Source: Catajapyx aquilonaris (taxonomy: Eukaryota). Taken from it: 64,000 nucleotides of DNA. Under the pieces are notes generated by a model, which ran no database searches, was not told the DNA's origin, and saw only the letters and a list, made by a program, of their open reading frames with translations. The DNA lies in contig JYFJ02001708.1 in the NCBI GenBank assembly GCA_000934665.2, positions 1 through 64,000 of the forward strand, given 5' to 3'. This document shows, piece after piece, positions 51,201 to 64,000 of the stretch. Position 1 is the stretch's first letter, and the number at the start of each line of letters is the position of its first letter. The position numbers and the translations under genes are program-made.

Positions 51201-54200
51201 TACCCAACTCGGAAGAATTAATTGACACACTTGCAGTACATATATGAAACGGAGCAAAATTGCAGCGTAACTCGGACAAACTGCCCCATAGTTTTGCGAG
51301 GAAAACGACGGTTCTAAATTAGCCGAGTATGTTTTCCGGTGCTGCTTTTGCTTGCACCCTCACCAAATGAGCTTCACTTCCACCTCGGCCATAATTAATG
51401 CCCGGAATGAAGCAGTTCCGTCCAATTAAGACAGAAACACTGTTGCTCCTCCTGTAAATGAGCACCTTTCAAAAAAAAGGCCACCACCCTATAGTCAGGT
51501 AAATAAAAAACAAAAAAGTAAGGCTTCCGATTTCCTCTCTCTACCTTTTGATTACCTTGGCGGACATCGAGTGAAAAATAAAAGAGAAAAGGTGGGCTCG
51601 TAATAAATCTCTCGGAGGGGAAGTTCAGCAGACCTCTATCTCTTCCCCACCTTTTGCCCATAATGAACTTTTCGTCTTGATAGATTCCTCTTTCGGTGAA
51701 AAGAAAATAGGTTGTGCCAGTATAACAACTTCCTTCTGTTTTCCTTCCGAATTTCAGGCATGAACAGAAGACCGAGTTTTCCAGAGCTGGAACTGTACGA
51801 AAACATGTAATTACCCGCTGTGTATACCTGTAATGCATTCACTGAGATAACATCTGAGCAAGTGGGCCAGGATCTGTCAAAATTTGCAGAGTGTATATTA
51901 CGAATACTTTTTCTACCTCTAAAGTGATTAATAGTTGCAAAATCTTGCCACGATAATAAAGCGACAGTGGCTTGACGTGGTTGTTTGTTAGTAAAATCCA
52001 CTTAAGAAATTCTCGAGAAACTACATTGTTCGTAACGACTGCGACAAATAGGAGATAATACCGCCAACAGAAGCCTTATTACCATTACTAACGACTACTA
52101 ATGGTACAGTATATCAGAAAATTATAGGATGAGATCCGAGTCTAAGGCAGAGGGTTTTTCTCCACGATCTCCCCCATTTCAGCGATTGCAATCAAGCAAG
52201 TAAATGGACTGTATACTGTACATGGTTGCAAAGATGTTGACAAAGCCTAACATATACACACACAGTTGCACGAAATTGGTTTCCGCTTCGTCCTAGATTG
52301 CTGAACAATTCCGCGTCTGCTAGAAAAGCACTGCTTGGATGTCCTGAAAAAACAAGGTTTTGCATGACAGCTGCAAAACTGCAAAGCAATTTCTTTCGTG
52401 GGGGAATTACAGAAATGAAGGGTCCTTTAAAAACAAAGTCTTTTCATGTCGTCCAATGACGTGGACGTTGGAAAATTCAAAGTCTGTGGACAGTGCACCA
52501 CCCTGTATAGACAGCCGGTTATTAGGTCAAGGGGACAGTTGTTTATGGTCGAACCGCTACACACAAGTTTAAATACGTGTTTTATTCCCACTGTTGGCAA
52601 ATTGCACAATGGCTCCATTGTAGTGCACCATATTTAGCTCCACGTATGGCCCCCCCGATGCAACAACATGCTAATTGCTGGGCTGACTCTAATGAGCCGC
52701 TTCGTCCTGCATTTTCCTACAATTTTACCTCCAGGCCATCATCACCCCTGTAGTTCGGTGCGTCTTATTAACCGAGGTGTTTACACAATGCACAGCTCGC
52801 CAATCTCCAGCGGCGCTAATTTGATATGCACCATTTGTTTCGAGACTTTTTTTTTCTTTCGCGGGCGCCCAAACCGGCCAAATTAATAAGCTGCCTGAAG
52901 GAGAATATCGAATTATTACACACACAAAAAAAATATGTTTTGCTCGAGCTTACTTGAGCAGTGCAGACCAAGAAGGCCCGACAAAGGATTGTTTTCAAGA
53001 CTGTTTAGATTTTTCAGAAAATTACAGTACTGCAAGTAGGCATAGTTCGGTCGAGCAGAAAATTTAATAATATTGCGTACATTCGCTGTTTCGGAAATGG
53101 AGCGCCGAAAATTACATCGGAATATATTGTCGGACATACACGGCAAGTAAACAGGAACAAAAGTTGGTGAAATCATGATGCTCATTACACTCCTATTACC
53201 AGACTGCACGACTGCAGGGTAAATGACAAATGGAGCATGACTCATTATTAGTTAATTATATCCATTATTAGCTAACTACGAAGTCGCCTTTAAGCCATTT
53301 TAAATATAATACTTGCATGACGATCATTAAAATAACTGGCGAGTAATATTAGCTCCAGTTCTTTTTTAAGTTTCGACCAAAAAAAATGAAGCCAGCCATG
53401 AAACATTTCGGATCATAATTAGTAAATTTTGTGTACCGCATATGGGTCAGGGCTAGCAAAATTATGGAAAATGCTAATCATGTAACGAGCCTGTACGCCT
53501 AAGTGTGATCAGAGTATTTATAACGAGAGTTTGATAAAATATGTTGCTCTAAACAAACTTCGCTGATTACATTGCTACTCGATCTTGCAGTACGCACGCA
53601 TGAACAGCTCTCTCGTTACGTACTCGAAACTGTATGCGTTACTTGAAAAGTACAGTGGAGAGTGATTTGCCTGCTCAAAAACAACGCTAATCATGATTCC
53701 ATCGTGATTGTTGTGACTCAACAATGCAGGAGCCACTGCAAATATTAGACAGTTACACAATGTGAAGGGCGCGCTTACAGTGTTCAAGTGAAGTACTTGA
53801 ACAAACACTACACCACAGTCTGGCTCACAATTGAACAGCAATGTTAAAACTCTGAAATTTCGGAGCTTAATAGGTTCGAACATTATTTCAATATCAATAT
53901 GTTGTCCAAGTATTTACACACGCAAAAAAATGCTTTTATGTTTAAAATGTGCACATTATTAGCCCATGGCAATTTGATATACATCAACCTTTGCCAAGCA
54001 TAATTCTGCATTATGGTGGTTAAAAACCACGCGGGTAATTGTTTTTGGTAGTGCTGTAATTAAATAACAGTACTGACTAAATAACCCACGTCCAAAAACT
54101 CGATTTTTACGTCAAACAATCGACATTGACACGATGCTGCAAATTGAATGCAAAATTAGCCGTAACCGCTTTACCTACGAATTTGTGTCCGCCAAACAAA

Positions 54201-57200
54201 TCAATTCGCAATAACAAAAAATTAATTGACAGCATTTTATTGGTCCCCCCCCCCCCTCGAAAAAATAAAGCGGATTAGTTCGGTCATTGCAGCAACACAC
54301 TTACGAGACTTGATGTTTCAAACTTCATGTTCTGACCGACACAATAATCGTATAATTATCGGATTGTAATCATTTACACGTCAGGTGATTACTAGAACCT
54401 GTCCCAAAAATGATGGTTTTTTCATTTAATTTGGGCCTTATTTCTCTACTAGTCTATATGACGTAACGGCAGTGATTTGACTTTTATTGCTACGATTAAT
54501 TTTATTTTTAATTTCATTCTAACAAGTGCAAGCAGCTAACAGCAACTATAAGTAGCAACTTAGTAGCAAAATTATTTTTTAATTTACATCAGAAAGGTTG
54601 TACGCTCGAAGGCAATGTACGCAGTGCACACAGTGTAAACAGCCAGGAGTCAGAAACTAAAATTATAAGTAGGAAAAAGGAATATTTTAAAAATAAATAA
54701 AGTCGTGTTTGTTTTTCTGGTTCAAAATTAAATTTTCCGCTTCAGATACAAAATATTAACAAAAAGTAAACAAACAAAATGTACAGTACCTAAATTTTTG
54801 CAAATACTCTAAAAGTTACACCAACTATATTCCGTTATTGATATCGGCTACAAAACTATTTGCGACGTTGCCACACATCGGGAAAAATCTCTCAATTTGT
54901 TGTCCCCAGCTCCTGTCAGACGACAAACAAACCGAGTGGAAAAAAACAAAGCTATATATGAAACCAGAAAATGTAGGTGTTGACGTCAAGAAGTGGCCCT
55001 CTTTTACCACACATCGCCCCCCCAAAAAAAGGCAGAGGAGAAAACGAGCGAAATTTTCTGTACCTCCAGGGATTGGAGGGATGGTTATATAGTGATTGAT
55101 GCAGCCAATCCCGGTTAAAGCGAGGTGAGGCTGGTGACAGGCCGTGAAGGGAGCCCCTATTATAGGCCCGCCTATGGGAGGGCCACTGGTCCTATATATA
55201 ACGAGGCTACAGGGACTACCACAACTCCTCTTTTTTATACTATTGGACGAACAAAACGATAAGGAAGCCAGAGATGGCCTTTGCTTTTGTGCATAATGCA
55301 CATATATTTTTTTCTTCGGGCTGGACCACTCTGATGGTCCTGCCAACAGATGGTGTTTCATCACGGTAATGTTCACTTCGCATTATCCAACATCTTTTGA
55401 TGAGGATTTTTCATGTCAGTATCTGGTCAATTATTGAGTGAATCTGAGTTCATTTATAAAAGATCGTCTCAAGTGTCGTTTTTGTTGAATGAGATATGAC
55501 AAATTAAATTCTGAGCGGTATTAATATTTCGATAACAAATACGTGTTATTAGCCAGTCGGTTCAAAATTGAGTTTTAAAAATAGATCCCCCCGGAGTAAG
55601 AGATGAAAATGGAAAATCCCTCTCTCTCGTTTTTCGATCCATGCTACAGTAGCCTATTATTGTTGCATTAATATATAGCGTGGGGCTACTGTACATCATG
55701 GAGCCTTCTTAATTACATTCATCGTGCTAATTAGTTCTACAGTCCCTTATTTTTAGCTGCTAGTTCCGGCTATGGTGGACAGGCGGCAGCTACATGCAGG
55801 AGTGTTTATGTTTCACTAGTACCGTTAGCGAATTTTCGGTTCCCAGATTAATTGGTTTTATCCATTGCATGCGATCTGGTCGGCAAAACATTGTGGCAAA
55901 AAATGTGGACACTTGCCCCAAATAATTTCTGAACACAACAGTCCCCATCATTCAATCCCGCAACAGCTGAAGCAATGACTAAGTCTGAAACCCTCCTAAC
56001 GAACAAGCCAGATTCCCCCCATAAACAAAAGGCACCCCATATTTCGAGAGGTTTCCCCTCAAAATGACCATATGTTGTTTGAAAGACCCGACAAGTCGGC
56101 CTGTTGGACCCCATTTGTATCCAGCTTGTCCTGCTCTCTCCATGACTAATGAGGCCCAGGTTCAGAAAAGGAAAGACGAGAAGCTTCCCCCAGCAAAAGC
56201 TCCAGCCATTCTTTGCGAAAAAGGGAACGGGTCCAGCAGCTCCCTAATTGGCCCTCGCTGCTTCTCATCATTTCGGAACACACGTTTTAGCTCAGGGGTG
56301 CTGGAGAAGAGATGCCCTTGGTTTCATTCTCTGCGTAAACTTGGTGGGAATTATATCTTTCCCCCCTCCTGCCTCCTCCTCCTCCCCTATAGCAAAAGGA
56401 GAGATTCTGCTTGTTTGCTCCAGACTTTGAGGAAGAAAAGACCCCGCCTCTGGTTCCAGCACGGTTTCTGCTGCCTCTTGGATCAACATGCCCCCGTTTG
56501 TGCAGCCTAATGTCCATTAGACGTGTCAACACCCCAATCTATTGCCGAATCCTTCTCCCCACTTATTATTCTGCCTTTGAACTTCTCATTCGATTTTTTT
56601 TATATCTCCCCTGTTAGCTGCTGAGGAGGCACTTTTTTATATACATTTGGCGGTTTTGTCAAGGTTTGTACAAGAGACGGCTTCTTTTTAGGCTCCAATA
56701 TGTGCCCTGAAGCTTAACTTGAGTAAACAGGAAGGAACTGAGCACTTTAGTATAATATGCACAATCGCAGAGTTTTAACATTATTAGTCATTAATGTGGC
56801 TTTAAAACGTGTATGGTTAGTTGCAGGTACGGTGCACGGGATGGCTGTATACCTGGAGGCAACACACAGGTGCTGTTTTGCATGCCCTTTGTTTGCACCT
56901 ACGGATTCACGTGGACAAAAGCAAAACACGACCATTTTCCAGAAAAATAAGTACTGTATGTTGTTTGTGCCGAGTGGTGCTTTTTTCAATGCGAACCAGG
57001 GCATCTATATTATGATATTTTCTACAAAACTGCTGGAAAAATACTGCGTCATTGTAGTCCATTTTTTTAAACATGTGCACAAAAATGTGTTCCTATATTT
57101 TGCGATTAACAAGACAACATTGCACGTACAATGCATATGATTCCGCGGCCAATGAAATTATTAGCTAACGAGTGTGGGGGCCATCAATGCATAAACACAT

Positions 57201-60200
57201 GAAGCTATTAAATGGACGGGCTCCAAATTCTGTCAGAGCCCGTTGATCTGTGTGACACACATCTCGCCCTGTGTGTGACCAATTGTTATAAATTTTGCAT
57301 CTATTATTACCTCACCCGTCTGAAAAAAGTTACGTTATCGAGAGTGGCTCGTTAAAATGTGGCACGCCCCCCCCTCTCGACGTGTGTGATCAGGTTACGT
57401 GCAAATTAATGTTGACGTTAACAGGCCAATGCGTGCAAAACGCACTCCACTGTTAGCCTAACGAAGGTCAAGATCTGTTATAATCAACAGTAAAACCATC
57501 ATTTCACACCGGACACTAGCTGTTTTTTTAAATTAAAATTAGCAGCTAATTTAGCATCTGCTTTTTTTTACTGTTACTATTCGACAGGTGGGATTTTTTC
57601 ACACCTATTTTTTTTTTTTTTTTTACTCCAAGCTGCCTCCCCATTTTTTCCCTCGTCCATTTCCTGCTGATTCAGCCTTGGAAAAGTCCCGGAAGAGATC
57701 CAGGCTTTTCCTCCCATTCCGGCGGCTGGGAATCCGGTGATGAATGAGGTGCTCTCGGGTGTCCGCTGCGCCCAACAGCCCCCTTTCCTGCATTCCTCCT
57801 ATCTTTTTCCATGACTCGTAAGGAAGGAACTCAAACCCTCACAACCAAACTATGGATGTGGGGAGACGAAGAAAAAAAAAAGTGGGTGAGGATAAATGGC
57901 CCCCGCAGTTTGCCTCCCTTTTGTTAAGATATTCCAGGTGGTCTTTATGGCTCCTTTATTGGGACGGCTGGATCATAACCCATCGATTGCATTGTACCTA
58001 CACATTCAGCAGGAAAAACACTTCCTCGAGTCATAAAGTTACTCCCGGTCTCCATGGTATGGAATAATAAAAAAACTCTCGAATCAATACTTAATATCGC
58101 AATAATAGCCAGCACACAGTAGTTTCGAAATATACGAGCGTCTCGGTTGAAAGCGGACAGTAAGAGTGTTATGCAGAGGAAATAATGTCGGTCTGGTTGA
58201 GCAGACGCCTGACATTTCGGAATTTTATTTTGCGTCCTCTTTCTATCCGCTATACAGATAGAACGACTATAAGAGGCGCCCACTATAGCGCCTGTCATTC
58301 TCTAACTTTTTTTTTCAGGACCGGATTCACCCACCCACCCACACGACAAAAAAAAAGAGAGAAGCATTCCGGGACAGAGAAAATGAGCGCCGATTGAAAG
58401 TCAAACGAGACTATTTCTATTCAGGATGATACATCCTTTTTTTTGAAGCAGAACAGGCCCTGCTTCAAAAAGGACCCCCAGCAAAAGGCGGGCTACAAAA
58501 CAGACGAAGCACATGTTCTGTGACAAAAGTCGCCAAAAAATGTAGGACGCAGCTGGAAAACTCTGTAAAAATCAGATGTGCAGAAAATTCGGGGAGGTTG
58601 TAATCCGTCGGAGTGTAGTAGATATCCTCGGATATCTTTCAGAGAGACGGTTAGGGATCGGTTTTCCGGAGGACGTGTCCCGCCACCATTTAAAGGGATT
58701 ATCAGGAAGAGAGATTATCTCCCCCCACTCTTTTTTTTACCTCCGGAAATGGAAAGTAATATTGGGCTCGTTAGTTGCGTTTCACCCGCCCTCCCAAGAC
58801 TGTTCTTTTTCAAATGCCTGCAACTCTCTCTCTCTCTCAGAGATAACCATGGGTTGACGCAATGGATCCTATGCCGAGGCACCTCCTTTTGTGCCCGATC
58901 ATTATTCTGGCCCGGATTCCGCTTGATTGTGCACCGAGGATAATGGCCGAGTAACGAGAAGCACACAAATATTGGAAAATTTTGAGGGGGAGGAATCCAC
59001 CCCCGCACTTCCCTTTCCTCATTCTTTTTTGGGGTCCACTGCCTCTACTGCAGCCTCCGGAGCATAAATGGGTGAAATTTACGTGTTAATTACTTGAGCC
59101 GGCCAGAGCATATTAACGATTACTGGCTTACAATGGTTCTGCGAAAAGCGGGTGATTAACCGCCGACTGCAGGTAAATAGAGGTGACCAGTTTATAGAGT
59201 TGGTAACCAACCTCCATGTTTTTTTTTAAAGAGATCAACTCTGCAACTATAATTCACCGCTTCCTAGAAAACTTCGTCTTACTTTCCAATAAAACTTTGC
59301 ACTAAAGGGCTTCCGTTATGGAGCTATAAAAATGCACTCTGTCACCCCGAGCGAATCTAATCGCTCATCCGGAATCAACCTAACGTAATTACTCTGCGCC
59401 ATCTCCCCCTCTCTTTTTTTTTGTTAGCACTCTCATGAAAGATATCAGGCTCCCAAAGGATAGATATGTAGCTGCACTTTGCGCACTTTCTTCAATTAAT
59501 GATGGAAGTGTCGTAGGCTCACTCTCAATGGAGACATCCTGCGCACTTGAAGTAATAAATGATGATGTTGTGTTTTGCCTGAGTTTCAGGATAAACGATC
59601 TCATGTTTTTTTTCCGCCAGGCCATTAGCTCCAAGGTTGCTCTTTGCAGCATCATGGAAAACTCAAAGTGGCGCTTTTCCGGGGGCCTGACTCGACCATT
59701 ATCTCCCGTCCACTGTTGTGTGTTGTGAAATATAACCTATTGGAGCAGATAGATCCAGTTGTGTGCAGACCCCCCTGGTCCTTTCCCAACTCACACCCCT
59801 TGAGGCGTCGAAGTGTGAAGAATCCTTCTCTCTCTTCCTCTCCTTTTCTCTCTCTTCCTCTCACCAGAATCCATTTATCTCAGCCATGAGCAGCCTGCGA
59901 AGAGGTGTCAAAAACAGGGCTGGAGAAAAAGACTCCAGAGGATAAGCCCTCCAGGATTAAATTTCGGAGGGGGGGTAGAGGTTGTTGGAAAGTCAGGCCC
60001 CCTTCTCCTCCCGGTATACGTGTGTCTGCAGCTCTCTACATGACGCTGGCACGTGTGTGCTGCATGTCGTCTGGACCAGGACACCCGGATTAATGGGGGA
60101 GGTGACACGTCCCGGAGGAAGGAAAGGAAGGACAAACGTGGATTCCAGTAATGGGCGCCAAAACGGGTACGAAATGGAACGATCTCGCGACCCGTTTTAT

Positions 60201-61044
60201 CCTGAGACAACAATGGAGGGGGCCAACAGATGCATCGGCTCGATTGTGTCACCCTGGGTTGTCTTTCATTGTTCGGCGCCTAATAGAAACATCCATAAAA
60301 CGGGTCAAAATGTATATCGACGGGTGAAAAGAGCGATCAATCAAACATGTCGGACAGTTACAAAGCATTTTCGCTTTCACAATAGCAGCGCCAGAGGGTA
60401 ACCCGAAAAAAAAAATATCGACAGTTGTCTATAAATAAAGTAACATCTTCACTGAACCCTGCTCGTTAATTCGCGGATAAAAATGAGCGTCAATTGGTAT
60501 GCATGATCCGCACTGCAATAGTTAACTCGATTCTAATTAATCAAACTGCTACTCAATTAAATCTGTTGAATCAAATCGCGACTCGACGGGTTACAAATCG
60601 CGCAATTAAAATCGTGACATCGCCCGCCAACTTTTATGGCCCAGGTAGTTATACACCCACTGCACTTTGCATTTCGCACTGTCTGGGTTTCCACATCGGG
60701 TCAACACCATTAGTACCATTCATTTTTACTGGTTGGTAATTATACATGGACTTGGACTATACACTTACAGCAAAATAGCAGCGGAGCCCGTTCTTCGCAC
60801 GGACAGTTTCCGCGGTCAACAACAATCAATCGTTTTGTTTTGATACCATGAAACCACAATGCTGTGGACAAACAAACAAACTTTCCCTCGTGTATAAGAC
60901 AAGTTGGGGAGAGAAGGGTAGGAGCGCCATCTGTGGCAGATGAGAAACCAAACTTTATAAAAAACAAAAGAACCCAAAATTTTGGGTATTTACACTCAAA
61001 AAAGTTGAGTTTTCGAAATTTTCCCTGAATCAGTGGCACGTAAT

Positions 61045-61103
61045 CCATCAGTGTGTCAAGTTTCAGTACTCTCAGTACTCCAGAAGTGGGTTAGGTACCC
61101 GGA
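61045..61103 (+). repeat. Dispersed 59-bp repeat (second copy of 50131-50189)
   Basis: 52/59 identity to 50131-50189 by manual alignment. Confidence 0.7.
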
Positions 61104-61904
61104 CAAACTTTACATACGAACCAACGTACTCGTTTATACCGCATGAGAGATTATGAGTAACTGTTATTAAAAGCGACAGTGTTATTTCCTTTACAGGGTC
61201 TGCGATATTGCTATACATTTCTACTAGATCGCGACAAAAGTCTTTTCCGTAACGGCATTGTAGTTTGCGAAAATCCTGGGCTCTGAATTGGCAAAAAGGA
61301 GCGAGAAGGTACCCCCTCCTCCGTTCATGGGATATTGGGCATGAAAAGAGGCCTTTTAGCCATGTGAGCAAAAGAGGAAAGGAGGGTGGGTGGGGAGGGG
61401 TCCTGGAGATGGGTGACTCGTCGAGTGGTGAGTCTCTGGAGTGCTGAGGTGGCTCCCGAGAGGAGGCAATCTCTAGCCCATCAGCCCAAGTGGATTGCAT
61501 TGCATCCTACTAGCTTGCTCTCTAGGAACCCATAGATTCCCCACCCACCCACCAACCCACCCCACCCAAGCTTGCTTTGCTTGCTTGGACCACCTCCTCT
61601 CTCCTTCCTTCGATTTGTGAGTTCAATCCATCCAATTCCAGTCAAATATTTGCCTTTCCCGCCCTCGAGCCAATATCATGCTGCGGTTCCACCACCCAAC
61701 CCACCAGGAAAACCCACTTCCTCAGGATTTATGCGCCACACTAGCCCGAATCGTTTTAATTTCCGCGCCACAAACTCAGCACTCACTCGCCCTTTTTGCC
61801 AAGAAAATCGCGTGGAAAGTAGAAGGAATTAAAATATCAAGCCCATCTTCACTATTAAAATAATATCCTGCTAATTGACTTTCTGTCTGTTGTTTGTCCG
61901 AGCT

Positions 61905-61965
61905 GATAGTACCACTACCCTGCGTACGATGGCAGGAGTGTGCAGAGACAGGATGCGCCATCTAT
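61905..61965 (+). mobile_element. Internal fragment of the Helitron family
   Basis: gtaccactaccctgcgtacgatggcaggagtgtgcagagacaggatgcgccatct resembles the internal block of the 182-388 and 19598-19956 copies. Confidence 0.45.
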
Positions 61966-64000
61966 ACAGTACTCGCGCGTTGAAAAAAAAATATGGTGGA
62001 GTACTGTGCGTGCAAATACATTTTCCACGCGGCGGTTGACTCAATCGGCATTTTGATCATGTGCAGCTATTAGCTCTCATTAACATAGAGTGCACTACTC
62101 ATCATAGATTGCAGTCGGCTCGAGAGGGGTGGCTCTATTCCCCCCTCGAGGCCACCTGTCACGTTTCAGATAATGGAGACATATATTTTAATTGACTGTT
62201 AATATTTGTAATTACCTGGGCGCTCACTGGTTCAGCAATCATCAGCAGCTCGTAATGAAGATTTCATCTTTTTTTTAGGGGGGCGTCCCCAGGCTAATTG
62301 ATGCGCGGTAGGGAGACGCCCAAAAATTGAGGTAGAGAGCCATGTAACTTTTACCCCCCGAAAATGACTCTCCATTTTTAGCTCTCTCTATAATAATTTC
62401 TCCGTGCACCAGCTTTGGAGGAAATAATAGTTTCATTTCCGGTGGACCGAACCTCGTTATTGTCCCTCCATACTTCTCTCTCTGGAAGGCCAAAGATGGC
62501 GCCTATTGTCTGCGGATGACCCACATCTTCCTGACCACCAGCATCCCAAAAAAGAAGCAGGAAGTGAAAAAAAAAGAAGTTAAGTCTCTGCATGCGAGGA
62601 ATTTTTTTTCCGGTTCCCGAACAAATTGAACACTAATTGTTATCAAATGCAATTTGGAGGCGTTGGTTGGGCGTGCCTCATACGCCGTTGTAATACACGA
62701 TGGTGAACTTGCCCAAGTCCGCAGTTCATTTGATATGTATGCTCAAATATTTTAAATATGCAGCGGAAATTTGACCGCAATATTAAGTCTCAACTATGCC
62801 CCATTCACATAATAGCCTAATTACTGTAAAACAAAAACTTCAGCAGTTTGTTATTATTTCATCCCCAAGAGCAGAATACGTTTAGTATATTTCCTTGATA
62901 CAAGGTGAAAATACCCGTCGGGTACAGCAGGCAAAAGGGCTAGTTAATTCAAGAAATGTTTGCAGTATAGTGCACGGTACACAAGGCTCGAAGGCACCGG
63001 GGGGAAAAATTAATATACCCGGTCTCTTGTTTCTATACTGTATAGATCAGGATGCTATGTTGATGCTGGAAAAGAGAAGGCAATGCCCTCGGGGCTATAG
63101 AAAAAAAAAAATATTGTGTCTCCAATAAAAATTCGGCGCCCTCCTTTGAACTTTAAAACCCGGTCTCAAAAGACTCGATTCCGTTTCGACAAAACTTTGC
63201 AAGGCCGGAATTACCTCCGTGTTCACTCCTGCTTTTGCTAGTAGTAGTACAGTAGTTGGGGGGTTGGGTTTTCGCGAATCTAAATCATTGGATAAATACT
63301 GCGCCGCTCGAGACCTTCGCCAACTTGCCAAGGGTTAGTTTCCTCAGCCTAGCCAAGATTCCCGGAAAACCAGGACAATGTCAAACATGGCATGTTAATG
63401 CGACTGAATTGAATAATGAATTCAGGTTCCAAGAGGCAACTTTTGCCTTAGTTGCGAAGTTGGATGGGTGGAAGTGGGTGGGAGACAAAGAGCAAGTATA
63501 AAAAATGTGCCCCAATTAGCCTAACTGTCAAGAGTTAACAACTTCAGAGAAGGTTGAAAAAAAAGGGAAGAAAATCGCATAATAGGCTCGAAACATCTCG
63601 TTATCAACTTTCAACAAGTTTCCGAATATCCGGCAAAAAAAATAATTGCAATGAAAGCACATCACGTATTTCCGGCGACGTGACATTTTGTCATCTACCG
63701 ATCTACGTAAAATATTTTTGGAATTAATATTTAGACTCTATATTATGTATAACAAGAGGAAGCACATTCAGCCCAACAGTCACGGCCAAAAATTCCAGAC
63801 CCAAATAACATGTTTATTGCCCTTGCAAACATAGGTCTCCCAGAGATCTATTCTTCAGCGCAGCATGTGCCAATCCTGAAAAGAGAAAATCCTGTTTCCG
63901 CGGATATAAGTTAGGAGAAGAAAGAAAGTATATAGAGTGAGAGCATAGCTGCCTGGGCGCCTTTTGGCACATAAAACACCTTCCGGACGGCCGCAAATCT

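Noticed and set aside
54825..55376. Longest ORF in the track (183 aa) and the other 60-160 aa ORFs
   Set aside because: No recognisable domain, composition driven by homopolymer runs, and lengths expected by chance.
58440..58471. 12-bp hairpin TTTTTGAAGCAG/CTGCTTCAAAAA and similar small stems (about 38140, 55640, 62118)
   Set aside because: Short or low-complexity; terminator-like shape is not meaningful in this eukaryotic context.

Overview
Eukaryotic, almost entirely non-coding DNA, probably from an invertebrate (arthropod-like): short 62-72 nt GT-AG introns, many homopolymer tracts and many transposon relics. No prokaryotic operons, CRISPR arrays or rRNA genes were seen. One protein-coding gene can be assembled: a three-exon, divergent AhpC/Prx1-type peroxiredoxin on the + strand (join 50380-50463, 50536-50717, 50780-51200; 228 aa). 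It keeps the peroxidatic Cys and catalytic Arg but lacks the active-site Pro, the GGLG/YF motifs and the canonical resolving-Cys motif. The most informative non-coding signal is a pair of minus-strand recursive-splice (ratchet-point) motifs about 41.5 kb apart, at junctions 2584/2583 and 44125/44124. Each is a polypyrimidine tract + CAG|GTAAG followed 63-68 nt later by a second 5' splice site. They suggest the window lies inside a very long intron of an unseen minus-strand gene, with the peroxiredoxin possibly nested antisense in it (inference). The rest is non-autonomous transposon debris (a Helitron family, TA-flanked MITEs, a foldback element, a tRNA-derived fragment), several minisatellites and a few near-perfect hairpins. 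The other ORFs in the supplied track look spurious.
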